Positions 31,475 to 41,375 of a stretch of 64,000 nucleotides of DNA are shown piece by piece. A program made the translations under genes and the position numbers. Numbering within the stretch: the stretch's first letter is position 1; every line of letters begins with the position of its first letter. The notes under the pieces were generated by a model that ran no database searches, was not told where the DNA came from, and saw only the letters and a program-made list of their open reading frames with translations. The stretch comes from an uncultured Spirochaetota bacterium. GTDB taxonomy: Bacteria; Spirochaetota; Spirochaetia; SZUA-6; Fen-1364. Where the stretch lies: contig CAVUXE010000037.1 in NCBI GenBank assembly GCA_963745235.1, forward strand, positions 160,001 through 224,000, read 5' to 3'.

Positions 31475-32953
31475 TCATCCTCCTCTGGTCTTCAGTGCAT
31501 TGCCGAGAATCCGCATGCCTTTCTCGATTTTGTCCTCGTCGATGCCGGCGAACCCCAGCCGGAGGCCCGCCCTCTCCCACTCCTCGACGGAGAAGATCCT
31601 GTCAGGGGCAAAGAGGACCCCCTGGCTCCTTGCCTTCAAGAGGAGGGCAAGGACATCGGTTCCCCGGGGCAGATCCACCCACTGGAACAATCCGCCCCGC
31701 GGCTTTTTCCAGACCGCCTCCGGGGGGAAATGGGCTTTCATCGCCTCCAGCATCAGGTCCCGCCTCTTCCGGTAGACTGCCTGCTTGCGCTTGAGGTGCC
31801 GGTCCAGGAGCCCTTTCTGGCAGAACTCCAGGAGCGCTCCCTGGAGGATCCTGCTGGAGTACAAGTCGGTGAACTGCTTGATCAGCAGGAGCCTGTCGAT
31901 GACCGCCGCCGGGGCCACGATCCAGCTCAGCCGGATCCCCGGGCACAGGATCTCCGAAAAGCTCCCGAGGTAGATCACCCCGTCGCGCGCGTCCCGGGCT
32001 TTCAGGGGCAGGACTTCGCGGCCGTCGAAGGCCAGGTCGTGGACGTAGTCGTCTTCCACGACGATCACCTGGTGCTCCCGGGCCGCCGTAAGGAGGCGCT
32101 CGCGCCGGTCTGCGGACAGGACGACGCCCGTGGGGTTGTGATATGTCGGGATGGAATAGATGAGCTTCGCGCTCCTGCGGGCAAGCACGCTCTCCACGAG
32201 GTCCACCCTGATTCCGTCATCATCGAGGGGAATGCCGATGCAGCTGGCCTGGAGGGAGCGAAAGACACCCAGCGCCCCGGGGTAGCTCAGGTTCTCCATG
32301 ATGACGGTGTCCCCGGGATCCAGGAACAGCCTCCCCACGATGCTCAACGCCTGCTGGATCCCGTTGACGATCATGATTTCCCCCGCCGTGCACTGGATCC
32401 CGCGCCTGGCCAGGAAGCCGGGCATGTAGTCGATGAGCGGAGCAAACCCGCGGGACGGCCCGGCGGCCAGGAGGTCCCCGCCGTACTTCCTCATGGCCGA
32501 CTGCATGCAGCCGGCAAAATCATCCACGGGGAAAAGGGAGAGGTCAGGATCATGGGACGCAAATGATATGGTGCCCTCGATCTCGGGCGCCTCCAGGAGC
32601 TGCTCCGCTCCGGCGGGAAGCTGCGGATACGTGCTTCGCCAGGTGGCGGAGAGAAGGGCCTCCACCCGCAGCCGCTCCGCCTGCTCGCGCCGGACAGCGG
32701 AGGACCCGGAGGGCAGGTTCTCCCGGACGGCGGTGCCCCTGCCGACGTGAGACGAGACCAGCCCCTGCACTTCCAGCTCCTGGTAGGCGTTGATCACCGT
32801 GTTGCGGTTGACGCCAATAGAGCTCGCAAGCTCGCGTGTGGAGGGCAGCCGTGCGCCCGGCGCAAGCAGGCCGGACTGGATGAGCTCAACCAGCCTGTCC
32901 TTGATCTGGACGTACAGCGGAGTCGAGTCGTTCTTGTCGAGGTCAACGATCAT
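31475..32953 (-). CDS. MocR/PdxR-family regulator (GntR wHTH + aminotransferase-like domain)
   Basis: [25 protein letters not shown] and EDDY motifs; directly upstream of pdxST. Confidence 0.9.
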   Translation of the reverse strand: MIVDLDKNDSTPLYVQIKDRLVELIQSGLLAPGARLPSTRELASSIGVNRNTVINAYQELEVQGLVSSHVGRGTAVRENLPSGSSAVRREQAERLRVEALLSATWRSTYPQLPAGAEQLLEAPEIEGTISFASHDPDLSLFPVDDFAGCMQSAMRKYGGDLLAAGPSRGFAPLIDYMPGFLARRGIQCTAGEIMIVNGIQQALSIVGRLFLDPGDTVIMENLSYPGALGVFRSLQASCIGIPLDDDGIRVDLVESVLARRSAKLIYSIPTYHNPTGVVLSADRRERLLTAAREHQVIVVEDDYVHDLAFDGREVLPLKARDARDGVIYLGSFSEILCPGIRLSWIVAPAAVIDRLLLIKQFTDLYSSRILQGALLEFCQKGLLDRHLKRKQAVYRKRRDLMLEAMKAHFPPEAVWKKPRGGLFQWVDLPRGTDVLALLLKARSQGVLFAPDRIFSVEEWERAGLRLGFAGIDEDKIEKGMRILGNALKTRGG

Positions 32954-32995
32954 GTTCTTACCTCCAACACTCCTACTTTCCAGGCGATTGTTAAA

Positions 32996-33062
32996 GGTCC
33001 AATCCACAAGAATAATATACCATCCATACCAATTTTGAGTATCATTCGGGAGGAATTGGTCT
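32996..33062 (-). promoter_or_regulatory. Putative promoter and MocR-type operator for the MocR-pdxS-pdxT operon
   Basis: AT-rich. Minus-strand TGgTATATT extended -10 (33022-33014); ATACCA direct repeats (33017-33022, 33026-33031); related GGTCCAAT (32996-33003) and inverted AATTGGTC (33054-33061). Confidence 0.55.
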
Positions 33063-33148
33063 AGATCACGGTCTCGGGCAGCCGTCCACCGGAGACGATC
33101 GGGAGGAATCTGCGTCCGAAATGCCCAGCAGGCGAGAGCTGTTTGAGG

Positions 33149-33625
33149 TTAACCGGTTACCGAGATGGCGGCCACACTGACGTTGTCGTTGTCGAGAACC
33201 CGCACGATCTTCCCTCGAAGACTTTTCCGGGATTTTCCCCCGTTTCCGAAGACAACGGTAGCGTCTTTTCCTGTGTCGTCTTTTGAAAGCAGAAGGTCAG
33301 GCTGCTGACCCAAGTCAAGCAGAAGGCCCCCCGTGGACATGTTCAGGACAATGCAGGTGTAAGGCTTGTTCTCCAGCGTGAACGTGGCAGGGATGCTGAC
33401 AGAAACACGTTGTTCTTGCCTGCGCTCAGGTCTTTTCGACTTCACAGAGCCATCCCAGTCGAACCTGCTGAGGCCCTTGTCCCAAAAGCCCTGCTCCTCC
33501 AGGAACTTGATGACCAGCTCATGCGGCACCCCTCGCTGCGCGCACATCTGACGGATATCTCCCCCCATCACATTGCAGATCGCAAAGGCATTCGAGAAGA
33601 CTCTTTTGGCTTCCTGTTCAGTCAT
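33149..33625 (-). CDS. PilZ-domain (c-di-GMP receptor) protein
   Basis: RRQEQR (RxxxR) and NMSTGG (N/DxSxxG) motifs, preceded by a short unknown helical domain; lower GC than flanks. Confidence 0.78.
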   Translation of the reverse strand: MTEQEAKRVFSNAFAICNVMGGDIRQMCAQRGVPHELVIKFLEEQGFWDKGLSRFDWDGSVKSKRPERRQEQRVSVSIPATFTLENKPYTCIVLNMSTGGLLLDLGQQPDLLLSKDDTGKDATVVFGNGGKSRKSLRGKIVRVLDNDNVSVAAISVTG

Positions 33626-33931
33626 ACCGCTCCAACTTTCTGGGCCCCACGGCCTGAATCGAGGCTGACGCTGCGACGGCAGAGATCCAACAAAGCACAT
33701 CTATAACAATATCGCAAATAGCGCAGACTGCAACAGACTTGTTCCGACGGCTGCCAGTCGCCGCTTCATTCTCCACGGGGTGGCAAGCCCGCTGTTCTCC
33801 AGCGCCCGCGCCTGTTGCCTGCATGGGCAAAAACTACGTATTTTGAGGCAATCCGTTTCGCAACGCCTATGAGAACCCACACCGCTCTTGCACAACCTCC
33901 CTCGGAAACGAATAATCAAAGCCCTCCGAAC

Positions 33932-36900
33932 ATGAGCCCCGCACACAGCAAAATCGCCCCGCGCGCGCCGTCACGAAAGAGAGCATCCGAGGACTACATC
34001 CTCATCGAAGGGGCCAGGCAGAACAACCTGAGGAACCTGTCCCTCAGGATTCCCCTGCGGAAGCTGATCGTCATCACCGGCGTGAGCGGTTCGGGCAAGT
34101 CATCCCTCGCCTTCGACACCATCTATTCCGAAGGCCAGCGAAGGTACGTGGAGACATTCTCTTCGTACACGCGGCAGTTCCTCGACCGGATGGACAAGCC
34201 CAAGGTGGATCGCATCGAAGGCATCCCGCCCGCAATCGCCATCGACCAGACCAACCCGGTGCGCACCTCCCGCTCCACGGTGGGGACCATGACCGAGCTC
34301 AACGACCATTTGAAGCTCCTCTTTGCGAGGGCAACGCGCCTGTACTGCGGTAACTGTGGAAGGGAAGTTAGGCGCGACACCCCGGAGACCGTTGCTGACC
34401 AGCTCCCCGCGGGCAGGAGGCTGATCCTCACCTTTCCCGTGCGCGTGCCTGAGAACTTCACCGAGGAGGAGGTCCTGGACCTGCTCGGCAAGCAGGGCTA
34501 CACCCGCATCCGCGGAAAAGAGGGGAACACCCTGGAGGTGATCCAGGACAGGATCACCTTCAGCGAGGAGAACAGGCCGCGCCTCATCGAGGACCTGGAA
34601 GCGGCACTGAAGTACGGCCAGGGACGCCTCAGCGCCTACGCCGTGGAGAAGGAGGCGGAGGGGGAGGCCATGCGCTTCTCCTCGGACCTGCACTGCGCTC
34701 ATTGCGACATCCACTACCGCGACCCGTCGCCCAACCTCTTCTCTTTCAACTCCCCCATCGGCGCCTGCGACAGCTGCCGGGGATTCGGCCGCACCATCGG
34801 CATCGACTGGAGCCTCGTTGTGCCGGACGACACGAAGAGCCTGGCGGGGGACGCGGTGAAGCCATGGCAGACGGAAAGCTTCAAGGAGGTCAAGAGTGAT
34901 CTGCTGAAGTTCGCCCGCAAGCGCGGAGTTCCGGTGGACGTCCCGTGGCGCGAGCTCTCCGAGGCCCAACGCGCCTGGGTCATCGAGGGTGAGGGGGACT
35001 GGGACAACGGGGTCTGGTACGGGGCAAAGCGGTTTTTCGGATGGCTGGAGTCAAAGAGCTACCGCATGCACATCCGTGTCCTTCTCTCCCGCTACCGCGC
35101 CTATCAACCCTGCCCGGCGTGCGGAGGCGCGCGGCTGAAACCCGAGGCCCTCCTGTGGAAGATCGGGCCCGGGAAGCTTTCCATTCACGACGTGATGCTC
35201 CTGCCCATCGACGGCTGCCTGGCCTTCTTCGACTCACTTGCCCTGCCGCCGCCGCTGGATGAAGCCACCGAGGCTCTCCTGCGCGAGATCCGAACGCGCA
35301 TCCGCTACCTCGTCGACGTCGGCCTCGGCTACCTCACGCTGGACCGCCAGTCCCGGACGCTGAGCGGCGGGGAGGTCCAGAGGATCAACCTGACCACGGC
35401 CCTGGGGACGTCTCTGGTCAACGCGCTGTTCGTCCTGGACGAGCCGAGCATCGGGCTGCATCCCCGCGATATCGGGCGGCTCATCGGCGTCCTCCGCCGG
35501 CTGCGCGACAGCGGCAACACGATCATCGTGGTGGAGCATGACCCCGAGGTGATACGCGCGGCAGACATGGTGATAGACATGGGCCCGGGGGCGGGCGAGC
35601 ACGGCGGCAGGATCGTGTTCTCCGGCGGCCTTCCCGATCTGCTGCGGAGCGAACGGTCCCTCACCGCGAAATACCTGACCGGGAAGAAGAGAGTGTCCCC
35701 ACGCGGGACCGCGGGAGAGGCGTCGGCATTGGCTGCCTCGGGGAAGGCCCTCAGGCGGATCCGCGTCCTCGGCGCCGCGGAGCACAACCTGAAGGATATC
35801 GATGTCGACATCCCGCTGGACCGGCTGGTCTGCGTCACGGGGGTGAGCGGCTCCGGGAAATCCACCCTGATCCAGGAAGTGCTTTACAACGCCTTGCGGG
35901 CCCTGAAGCATGCCCCGGTTGACGCGCCGGGAAGACACCGCGCGATTGCCGGTCACGAGCTGGTGGAGGCCGTCGTCATGGTGGACCAGTCCCCCATCGG
36001 CAGGACAGCCAGGTCGAACCCCGTCAGCCACGTCGGCGCATTCGACGGCATCCGCAAGCTCTTTGCGGCCGAGCCGCTGGCTCGCGAGCGCGGATACACG
36101 GCGGGCAGCTTCAGCTTCAACGCGGGAAACGGCAGATGCCCCACGTGCAGCGGCAGCGGCTTCGAGCACATCGAGATGCAGTTCCTGAGCGACGTGTACC
36201 TGCGCTGCCCCGACTGCGACGGCCGCAGGTATCGAAAGGAAATCCTGGACGTCATGCTCCTGCCGCCGCGCGGGCCGGCTGGCGGGGCCGGGGCCGGCAA
36301 GTCAATCGCCGACGTGCTGGACATGACCGTGACCGAGGCCTGCGGGTTCTTTGCCGGCGCTCCGGATGTCGTCTCCGCGCTTTCGCCCCTGGCGTCGGTG
36401 GGGCTCGGCTACATGTCCCTCGGGCAGCCGGTCCCCACGCTGAGCGGCGGCGAGGCGCAGAGGCTGAAGCTCGCCGGATATCTCGCGCCGTCGCGCAATG
36501 GCAACGGCAGGAAGGGGACGTTGTTCCTCTTCGATGAGCCCACCACGGGGCTGCACTTCGACGACATCGCGGTCCTCCTGGGCGCCTTTCGGAAGCTCAT
36601 TGCCGCCGGCCACTCCGTGCTCGTGATCGAGCACAACATCGACGTGATCCGCGCCGCGGACTGGATCATCGACCTGGGTCCCGAGGGTGGTGAGGCCGGC
36701 GGAAGGATCGTGTGCGCGGGCACGCCGCGCCAGGTAGCCCGGTGCAGGGAAAGCCACACGGGGGCCGCTCTCCGTGCGGGCGCCTCACGCCGGGGAGGAA
36801 AGGCCGAACCGTCAGCGCAGAAGGAGGCGGCCGCCTTTGGCACGGCGAACGCCATCGTCATCAGGCACGCGAGGGAGCACAACCTCAAGAACATCGACCT

Positions 36901-39415
36901 GGTCATCCCGCGCGACGCGCTGAGCGTGATCACCGGCGTGAGCGGGAGCGGCAAGAGCACCGTTGCCTTCGACATCCTCTTCGCCGAGGGCCAGCGGCGC
37001 TACCTGGAATCCCTGAACGCATATGCACGGCAGTTCGTCCAGCCCGCGAAGCGACCCGACGTGGACGGGGTGTACGGCGTCCCTCCCACGGTTGCCATCG
37101 AGCAGAGAACCAGCCGCGGTGGAAGGAAGAGCACCGTGGCCACTCTGACGGAGATCTACCCGTTCCTTCGCCTCCTGTTCGTGAAGCTCGGGACGCAGTA
37201 CTGCCCTGACTGCAACCTCCCCATCCGGCCGCAGAGCATGGACGCCATCCTGGCGCGCATCCTCCGCGATTACCGGGGCAAACGGGTGGGCATCTTCGCT
37301 CCGCTGATCACGGCTCGAAAGGGATACTACACGGACCTTGCCGCGTGGGCCGCGGCAAAGGGGTTCAAGCATCTTCGGGTGGACGGCGCGCTCCTCCCCA
37401 CCGCACCGTGGCCTCGCCTGGACAGGTTCATCGAGCACACAATCGAGCTCCCCATGGGAGTGGAGTCCGTGAGCGCTGACAGGGAAGCTCGGCTGCGGGA
37501 TGCCCTCAAGCGCGGGCTGGACTTCGGCAAAGGCGTCGTTCACGTGAATGAGACGGTCTTCTCCACCCGCAGGGCATGTCCCCGGTGCGGAAGAAGCTTC
37601 GAGGAGCTGGACCCGCGCCTTTTCTCCTACAACTCGAAGCACGGGTGGTGCCCCTCCTGCTACGGCACAGGCCTTCAGCTCTCGGGCTTCGATTCCGAGC
37701 AGACAGGGGAGGAAGTCTGGTGGAACGACTGGTGGGGCGGACCCGAAAAAACCTGCCCCGATTGCGGGGGAATGCGCCTGCGGCCCGAGGCGCTTGCCGT
37801 GCGCTTCCGGGACAGGAACATCGCGGACTTCGCCCGGCTCCCGGTCCGCGACATGGAGCGGGAGATGAAGGGCCTGCGCCTGGCCGGCCGGGAAAAAGAA
37901 ATTGCCCGGGACATCGTGGCCGAAATGCTCTCCCGGCTCACGTTCCTGCAGGAAGTGGGGTTGTCGTACCTGTCCCTGGATCGCTCGGCGCCCACGCTCA
38001 GCGGAGGGGAAGCCCAGCGCATCAGGCTTGCCTCCCAGCTCGGCTCGAACCTCCGCGGGGTGTGCTACATCCTGGATGAGCCGACAATCGGGCTGCACGC
38101 CAGGGACAACGCCATTCTCCTGGACACCCTCCACGCGCTTCGCGTGAAGGGCAACACCGTTGTCGTGGTGGAGCATGACGAAGAGACAATCCGCAGGGCG
38201 GAGCACGTGGTGGATCTGGGCCCCGGCGGCGGGACGGCCGGCGGCTACCTGGTGGCGCAGGGGAGCCTTGCCGCCATCATCCGAAGCAGGAAGTCCCTGA
38301 CCGGCAAGTACCTCAGGAAACCGCTCGCGCATCCCTGGACCGGCGGCCGGCCGACAAACGGTGACCCTGCGGCCGCTCTCAGGATGACAGGCGCGAGCCT
38401 GCACAACCTGAAGGACCTCGACGTCATAATTCCGCTGGAGCGCCTGGTGTGCATCACCGGTGTCAGCGGAAGCGGCAAGAGCACGCTGGTGCGCGAGGTC
38501 CTCTACGGAAACCTGCATCACCTGCTGGCAGCGGCTCGGAGACGGGGGACGCGGGGGCAAGCCGACGGGCTCCACGGATGCTCCTCCATCGAGGGGTGGG
38601 AGAGAATCGGTCGGGTCCTGGAGGTGGACCAGACCCCCATCGGCAAGACGCCCCGCTCGTGTCCCGCCACCTACGTTGGGATCTGGGACGACATCAGGCG
38701 GCTGTTCGCCGCCTCCAGTGAAGCCCGCATGCGGGGATACACGGCAAGCCGCTTCTCCTTCAACGTTGCCGGCGGACGCTGTGACGAGTGCGAGGGCCAG
38801 GGCATGAAAAAGATCGAGATGAGCTTCCTGCCGGATGTCACGGTCCCCTGCGACGCCTGCTCAGGAGCGCGCTTCAATCCGGAGACCCGTGCAGTGAAGT
38901 TTCGCGGCAGGAGCGTCGGCGACGTGCTGGCCATGAGCGTGGACGAGGCAGTGCCGTTCTTCAGCTTCCACGCGGGCATCCGCCATGCCCTGGAGTTGCT
39001 GCAGCAGGTCGGGCTGGGCTACCTCTCCCTGGGCCAGCAGAGCCCTTCGTTGAGCGGCGGAGAAGCCCAGAGGATCAAGCTCGTCACGGAGCTTGCCAAG
39101 GCGCGCTCCAGCTCAGCCGGCCTGCGCACGCTGTATGTCCTTGATGAGCCCACCATCGGGCTGCACATGTCCGACGTGGAGAAGCTCGTGGGCGTGCTGC
39201 ATCGGCTGGTGGACGCGGGGAACACGGTGGTCATCATCGAGCACAACCTCGACGTGATTGCGGAAGCGGACTGGATCATCGACCTGGGGCCCGAGGGCGG
39301 GGATGAGGGAGGCAGGATCGTTGCCCAGGGAGCTCCGCGGGAGGTGATCCGCCAGCGCTCTGGCTCATACACGGCGAGCTACCTTGCGCGGTTCCTCAAA
39401 GAACGCACAGCGTGA
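33932..39415 (+). CDS. uvrA: Double-length excinuclease ABC subunit A (two UvrA units in one chain)
   Basis: Four GVSGSGKS Walker A, four LSGGE signatures, four DEP Walker B motifs and several Zn fingers in one frame of about 1830 aa. Confidence 0.93.
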   Translation: MSPAHSKIAPRAPSRKRASEDYILIEGARQNNLRNLSLRIPLRKLIVITGVSGSGKSSLAFDTIYSEGQRRYVETFSSYTRQFLDRMDKPKVDRIEGIPPAIAIDQTNPVRTSRSTVGTMTELNDHLKLLFARATRLYCGNCGREVRRDTPETVADQLPAGRRLILTFPVRVPENFTEEEVLDLLGKQGYTRIRGKEGNTLEVIQDRITFSEENRPRLIEDLEAALKYGQGRLSAYAVEKEAEGEAMRFSSDLHCAHCDIHYRDPSPNLFSFNSPIGACDSCRGFGRTIGIDWSLVVPDDTKSLAGDAVKPWQTESFKEVKSDLLKFARKRGVPVDVPWRELSEAQRAWVIEGEGDWDNGVWYGAKRFFGWLESKSYRMHIRVLLSRYRAYQPCPACGGARLKPEALLWKIGPGKLSIHDVMLLPIDGCLAFFDSLALPPPLDEATEALLREIRTRIRYLVDVGLGYLTLDRQSRTLSGGEVQRINLTTALGTSLVNALFVLDEPSIGLHPRDIGRLIGVLRRLRDSGNTIIVVEHDPEVIRAADMVIDMGPGAGEHGGRIVFSGGLPDLLRSERSLTAKYLTGKKRVSPRGTAGEASALAASGKALRRIRVLGAAEHNLKDIDVDIPLDRLVCVTGVSGSGKSTLIQEVLYNALRALKHAPVDAPGRHRAIAGHELVEAVVMVDQSPIGRTARSNPVSHVGAFDGIRKLFAAEPLARERGYTAGSFSFNAGNGRCPTCSGSGFEHIEMQFLSDVYLRCPDCDGRRYRKEILDVMLLPPRGPAGGAGAGKSIADVLDMTVTEACGFFAGAPDVVSALSPLASVGLGYMSLGQPVPTLSGGEAQRLKLAGYLAPSRNGNGRKGTLFLFDEPTTGLHFDDIAVLLGAFRKLIAAGHSVLVIEHNIDVIRAADWIIDLGPEGGEAGGRIVCAGTPRQVARCRESHTGAALRAGASRRGGKAEPSAQKEAAAFGTANAIVIRHAREHNLKNIDLVIPRDALSVITGVSGSGKSTVAFDILFAEGQRRYLESLNAYARQFVQPAKRPDVDGVYGVPPTVAIEQRTSRGGRKSTVATLTEIYPFLRLLFVKLGTQYCPDCNLPIRPQSMDAILARILRDYRGKRVGIFAPLITARKGYYTDLAAWAAAKGFKHLRVDGALLPTAPWPRLDRFIEHTIELPMGVESVSADREARLRDALKRGLDFGKGVVHVNETVFSTRRACPRCGRSFEELDPRLFSYNSKHGWCPSCYGTGLQLSGFDSEQTGEEVWWNDWWGGPEKTCPDCGGMRLRPEALAVRFRDRNIADFARLPVRDMEREMKGLRLAGREKEIARDIVAEMLSRLTFLQEVGLSYLSLDRSAPTLSGGEAQRIRLASQLGSNLRGVCYILDEPTIGLHARDNAILLDTLHALRVKGNTVVVVEHDEETIRRAEHVVDLGPGGGTAGGYLVAQGSLAAIIRSRKSLTGKYLRKPLAHPWTGGRPTNGDPAAALRMTGASLHNLKDLDVIIPLERLVCITGVSGSGKSTLVREVLYGNLHHLLAAARRRGTRGQADGLHGCSSIEGWERIGRVLEVDQTPIGKTPRSCPATYVGIWDDIRRLFAASSEARMRGYTASRFSFNVAGGRCDECEGQGMKKIEMSFLPDVTVPCDACSGARFNPETRAVKFRGRSVGDVLAMSVDEAVPFFSFHAGIRHALELLQQVGLGYLSLGQQSPSLSGGEAQRIKLVTELAKARSSSAGLRTLYVLDEPTIGLHMSDVEKLVGVLHRLVDAGNTVVIIEHNLDVIAEADWIIDLGPEGGDEGGRIVAQGAPREVIRQRSGSYTASYLARFLKERTA

Positions 39416-40558
39416 TCACGAGCCTGCCGGTTGCGCTGCGGCGCGCTGCGGAACATGAACGCAGGCAGGGTCTTCCTGGTACGGGTCCTGGTACTCCGCA
39501 TAGGCCCGTGATCGCGACCCGCCGCAGACATCAGCATATTCGCAGTCTCCGCATCTTCCCTTGAGAGCAGAAGGATTCCTGAGCCCGACCAGGAGGGGAT
39601 GTGACGTGTAGATCGACTTCAAGCTTTCCCTCTGGACGTTTCCCAGGGGCACCGGCAGGAAGCCGCTTGGATATACCTCTCCGTCATGCCCAATGAAAAC
39701 TATCCCTTTCCCGTCCCCCGTCCCGCTGAGCCTCACCACGGGAGGGTTCTTTGGCTCCCCCTCCAACTCGAGCAGCCTGGCCGCCAGGTGACCGTACAGC
39801 CTCCCTTTGGGCGCGTGCTGGCTTTTCTGGCGCTGCAGGAAGACGCGTCTGAAGTGGGGTCCTTCGGAAGTCCTTACCGGTATTCCGTACTGCGTGCAGT
39901 CATAGAGGAATTGGGCGGCTTCCTCGGACTCCCTGGGCTCGGGATTCTCCAGTGCCGACCCTCGTCCCGTGCGGACAAGGAAAAACACCTCCCACGCAAT
40001 TGCGCCCCTTTCCCTGATGAGATGGAAAATGTCGGCAAGCTCCCGGAGATTGCTTTTCATCACCGTTGTATTGACCTGTAGCCGCAGGCCGCATGATGAG
40101 GCCGCCCGGATTGCATCCAGGGTGGCCTGCCACGTCCCCGGGATATCCCGTATCTTGTCATGAACCGCGGCGGTTGCCCCGTCCAGGCTGACCGAGACGA
40201 CCTCCACACCGAGCTCTTTCATGCGCTCCAGCCGGTCCTTCCCAAGCAGGGGAGTAACGCTCGCGGCGACCGCCGTGTAGATGCCCTGGCCCACGGCGTG
40301 CTTGATCAGGTCAAACACATCCGGGCGCATGAGGGGATCACCGCCAGTCAGCAGGAGGGCGGGATAGGGCTCTCCGAACTCGAGAACCTGGTCGATCAGC
40401 CTCATTCCCATCTCGTGGTCGAGCTCGCCGGGGGCACTGCTCCTGATGGCCGTGGCCCTGCAGTGTCGACAGGAAAGGAGACAGGATTTCGTCGTTTCCC
40501 AGCAGACGAAGATGGGCTTTTGCGTGAAGTCAATTTTCCTGGTCCAGGGGGGCTGCAT
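39416..40558 (-). CDS. Radical SAM/SPASM protein (TIGR04053-like)
   Basis: WETTKSCLLSCRHCRA, TGGDPL, VYPSGFLP and CGDCEYADVCGGSRSRAYA...DPAC motifs. Confidence 0.8.
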   Translation of the reverse strand: MQPPWTRKIDFTQKPIFVCWETTKSCLLSCRHCRATAIRSSAPGELDHEMGMRLIDQVLEFGEPYPALLLTGGDPLMRPDVFDLIKHAVGQGIYTAVAASVTPLLGKDRLERMKELGVEVVSVSLDGATAAVHDKIRDIPGTWQATLDAIRAASSCGLRLQVNTTVMKSNLRELADIFHLIRERGAIAWEVFFLVRTGRGSALENPEPRESEEAAQFLYDCTQYGIPVRTSEGPHFRRVFLQRQKSQHAPKGRLYGHLAARLLELEGEPKNPPVVRLSGTGDGKGIVFIGHDGEVYPSGFLPVPLGNVQRESLKSIYTSHPLLVGLRNPSALKGRCGDCEYADVCGGSRSRAYAEYQDPYQEDPACVHVPQRAAAQPAGS

Positions 40559-40623
40559 CCGGAGATCCTCCAGTGCCGCCAGTCTATTTTCAATCCGTAC
40601 GCACTGTCAACGAACTCCGGGCC

Positions 40624-41260
40624 TCACGAGTGCTGCGCCAGCACCCCCAGCTTCAGGAGCCCGTCGTAGACGAACTGCACGGAAAGGCCGGTGAGGATGA
40701 TCCCCATGATCCGCTCGATCACTGATACGCCGGTGCGTCCGAGCACGCGCAGGAAGAACGAGCTCAGATTGCATTGTCACGCCGGCGATCACGAGGGCCA
40801 GCACGACGCTTCCGATCAGGACCGGCAGGATGAACCCCGGCGACTTGTCCTCGCTCACGTACAGGAGGATCGTGGTGATGGTCCCGGGGCCGGCGAGCAT
40901 GGGGATGGCCAGCGGAAAGATGGAGACGTCCTCACGCTCTTCGCCGTGCTCCTCTCCTGACGTCTTGGTCCGCCCCGGCTTGCCCAGGAGCAGGTCGATG
41001 GACACGATGAACATCAGGATTCCGCCTGCTATGAAGAACGATCCCGGCTGGATGCCGAGGAATCGAAGGATGGCGTTTCCCGTGAAGATGAAGACGCACA
41101 GCACGGCAAACGCAACCACGACCGCGCGGCGGATGGTGAGACGCTTTTTTCGAGCAGGGAAGTCCGCGGTAAGGGCAATGAATACGGGGACCACCCCGAA
41201 GGGGTCCACCACGATGAAAACCGCCAGGAATATGGTTACGACCTGACTCGCAAGGGACAT
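40624..41260 (-). CDS. MarC-family membrane protein (+1 frameshift near 40768)
   Basis: VDPFG, IAGGIL, PLAIPMLAGPGTIT. Corrected C-terminus LGRTGVSVIERIMGIILTGLSVQF...* ends at 40624. Confidence 0.87.
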
Positions 41261-41375
41261 CGCCCGGACTGTAGCACGCTCCCGCTGCGGGGGAAATGGG
41301 GGTTGCAAATCCACAGGCGCTGATGGGACAGTTCAGGACCGCGACGCCCGGCCTATCGCGGATTCCGCAACAGGT

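Noticed and set aside
36650-39300. Near-identical DNA segments such as GACTGGATCATCGACCTGGG at about 36660 and 39270
   Set aside because: Explained by the internal duplication of UvrA; not a mobile element or array.
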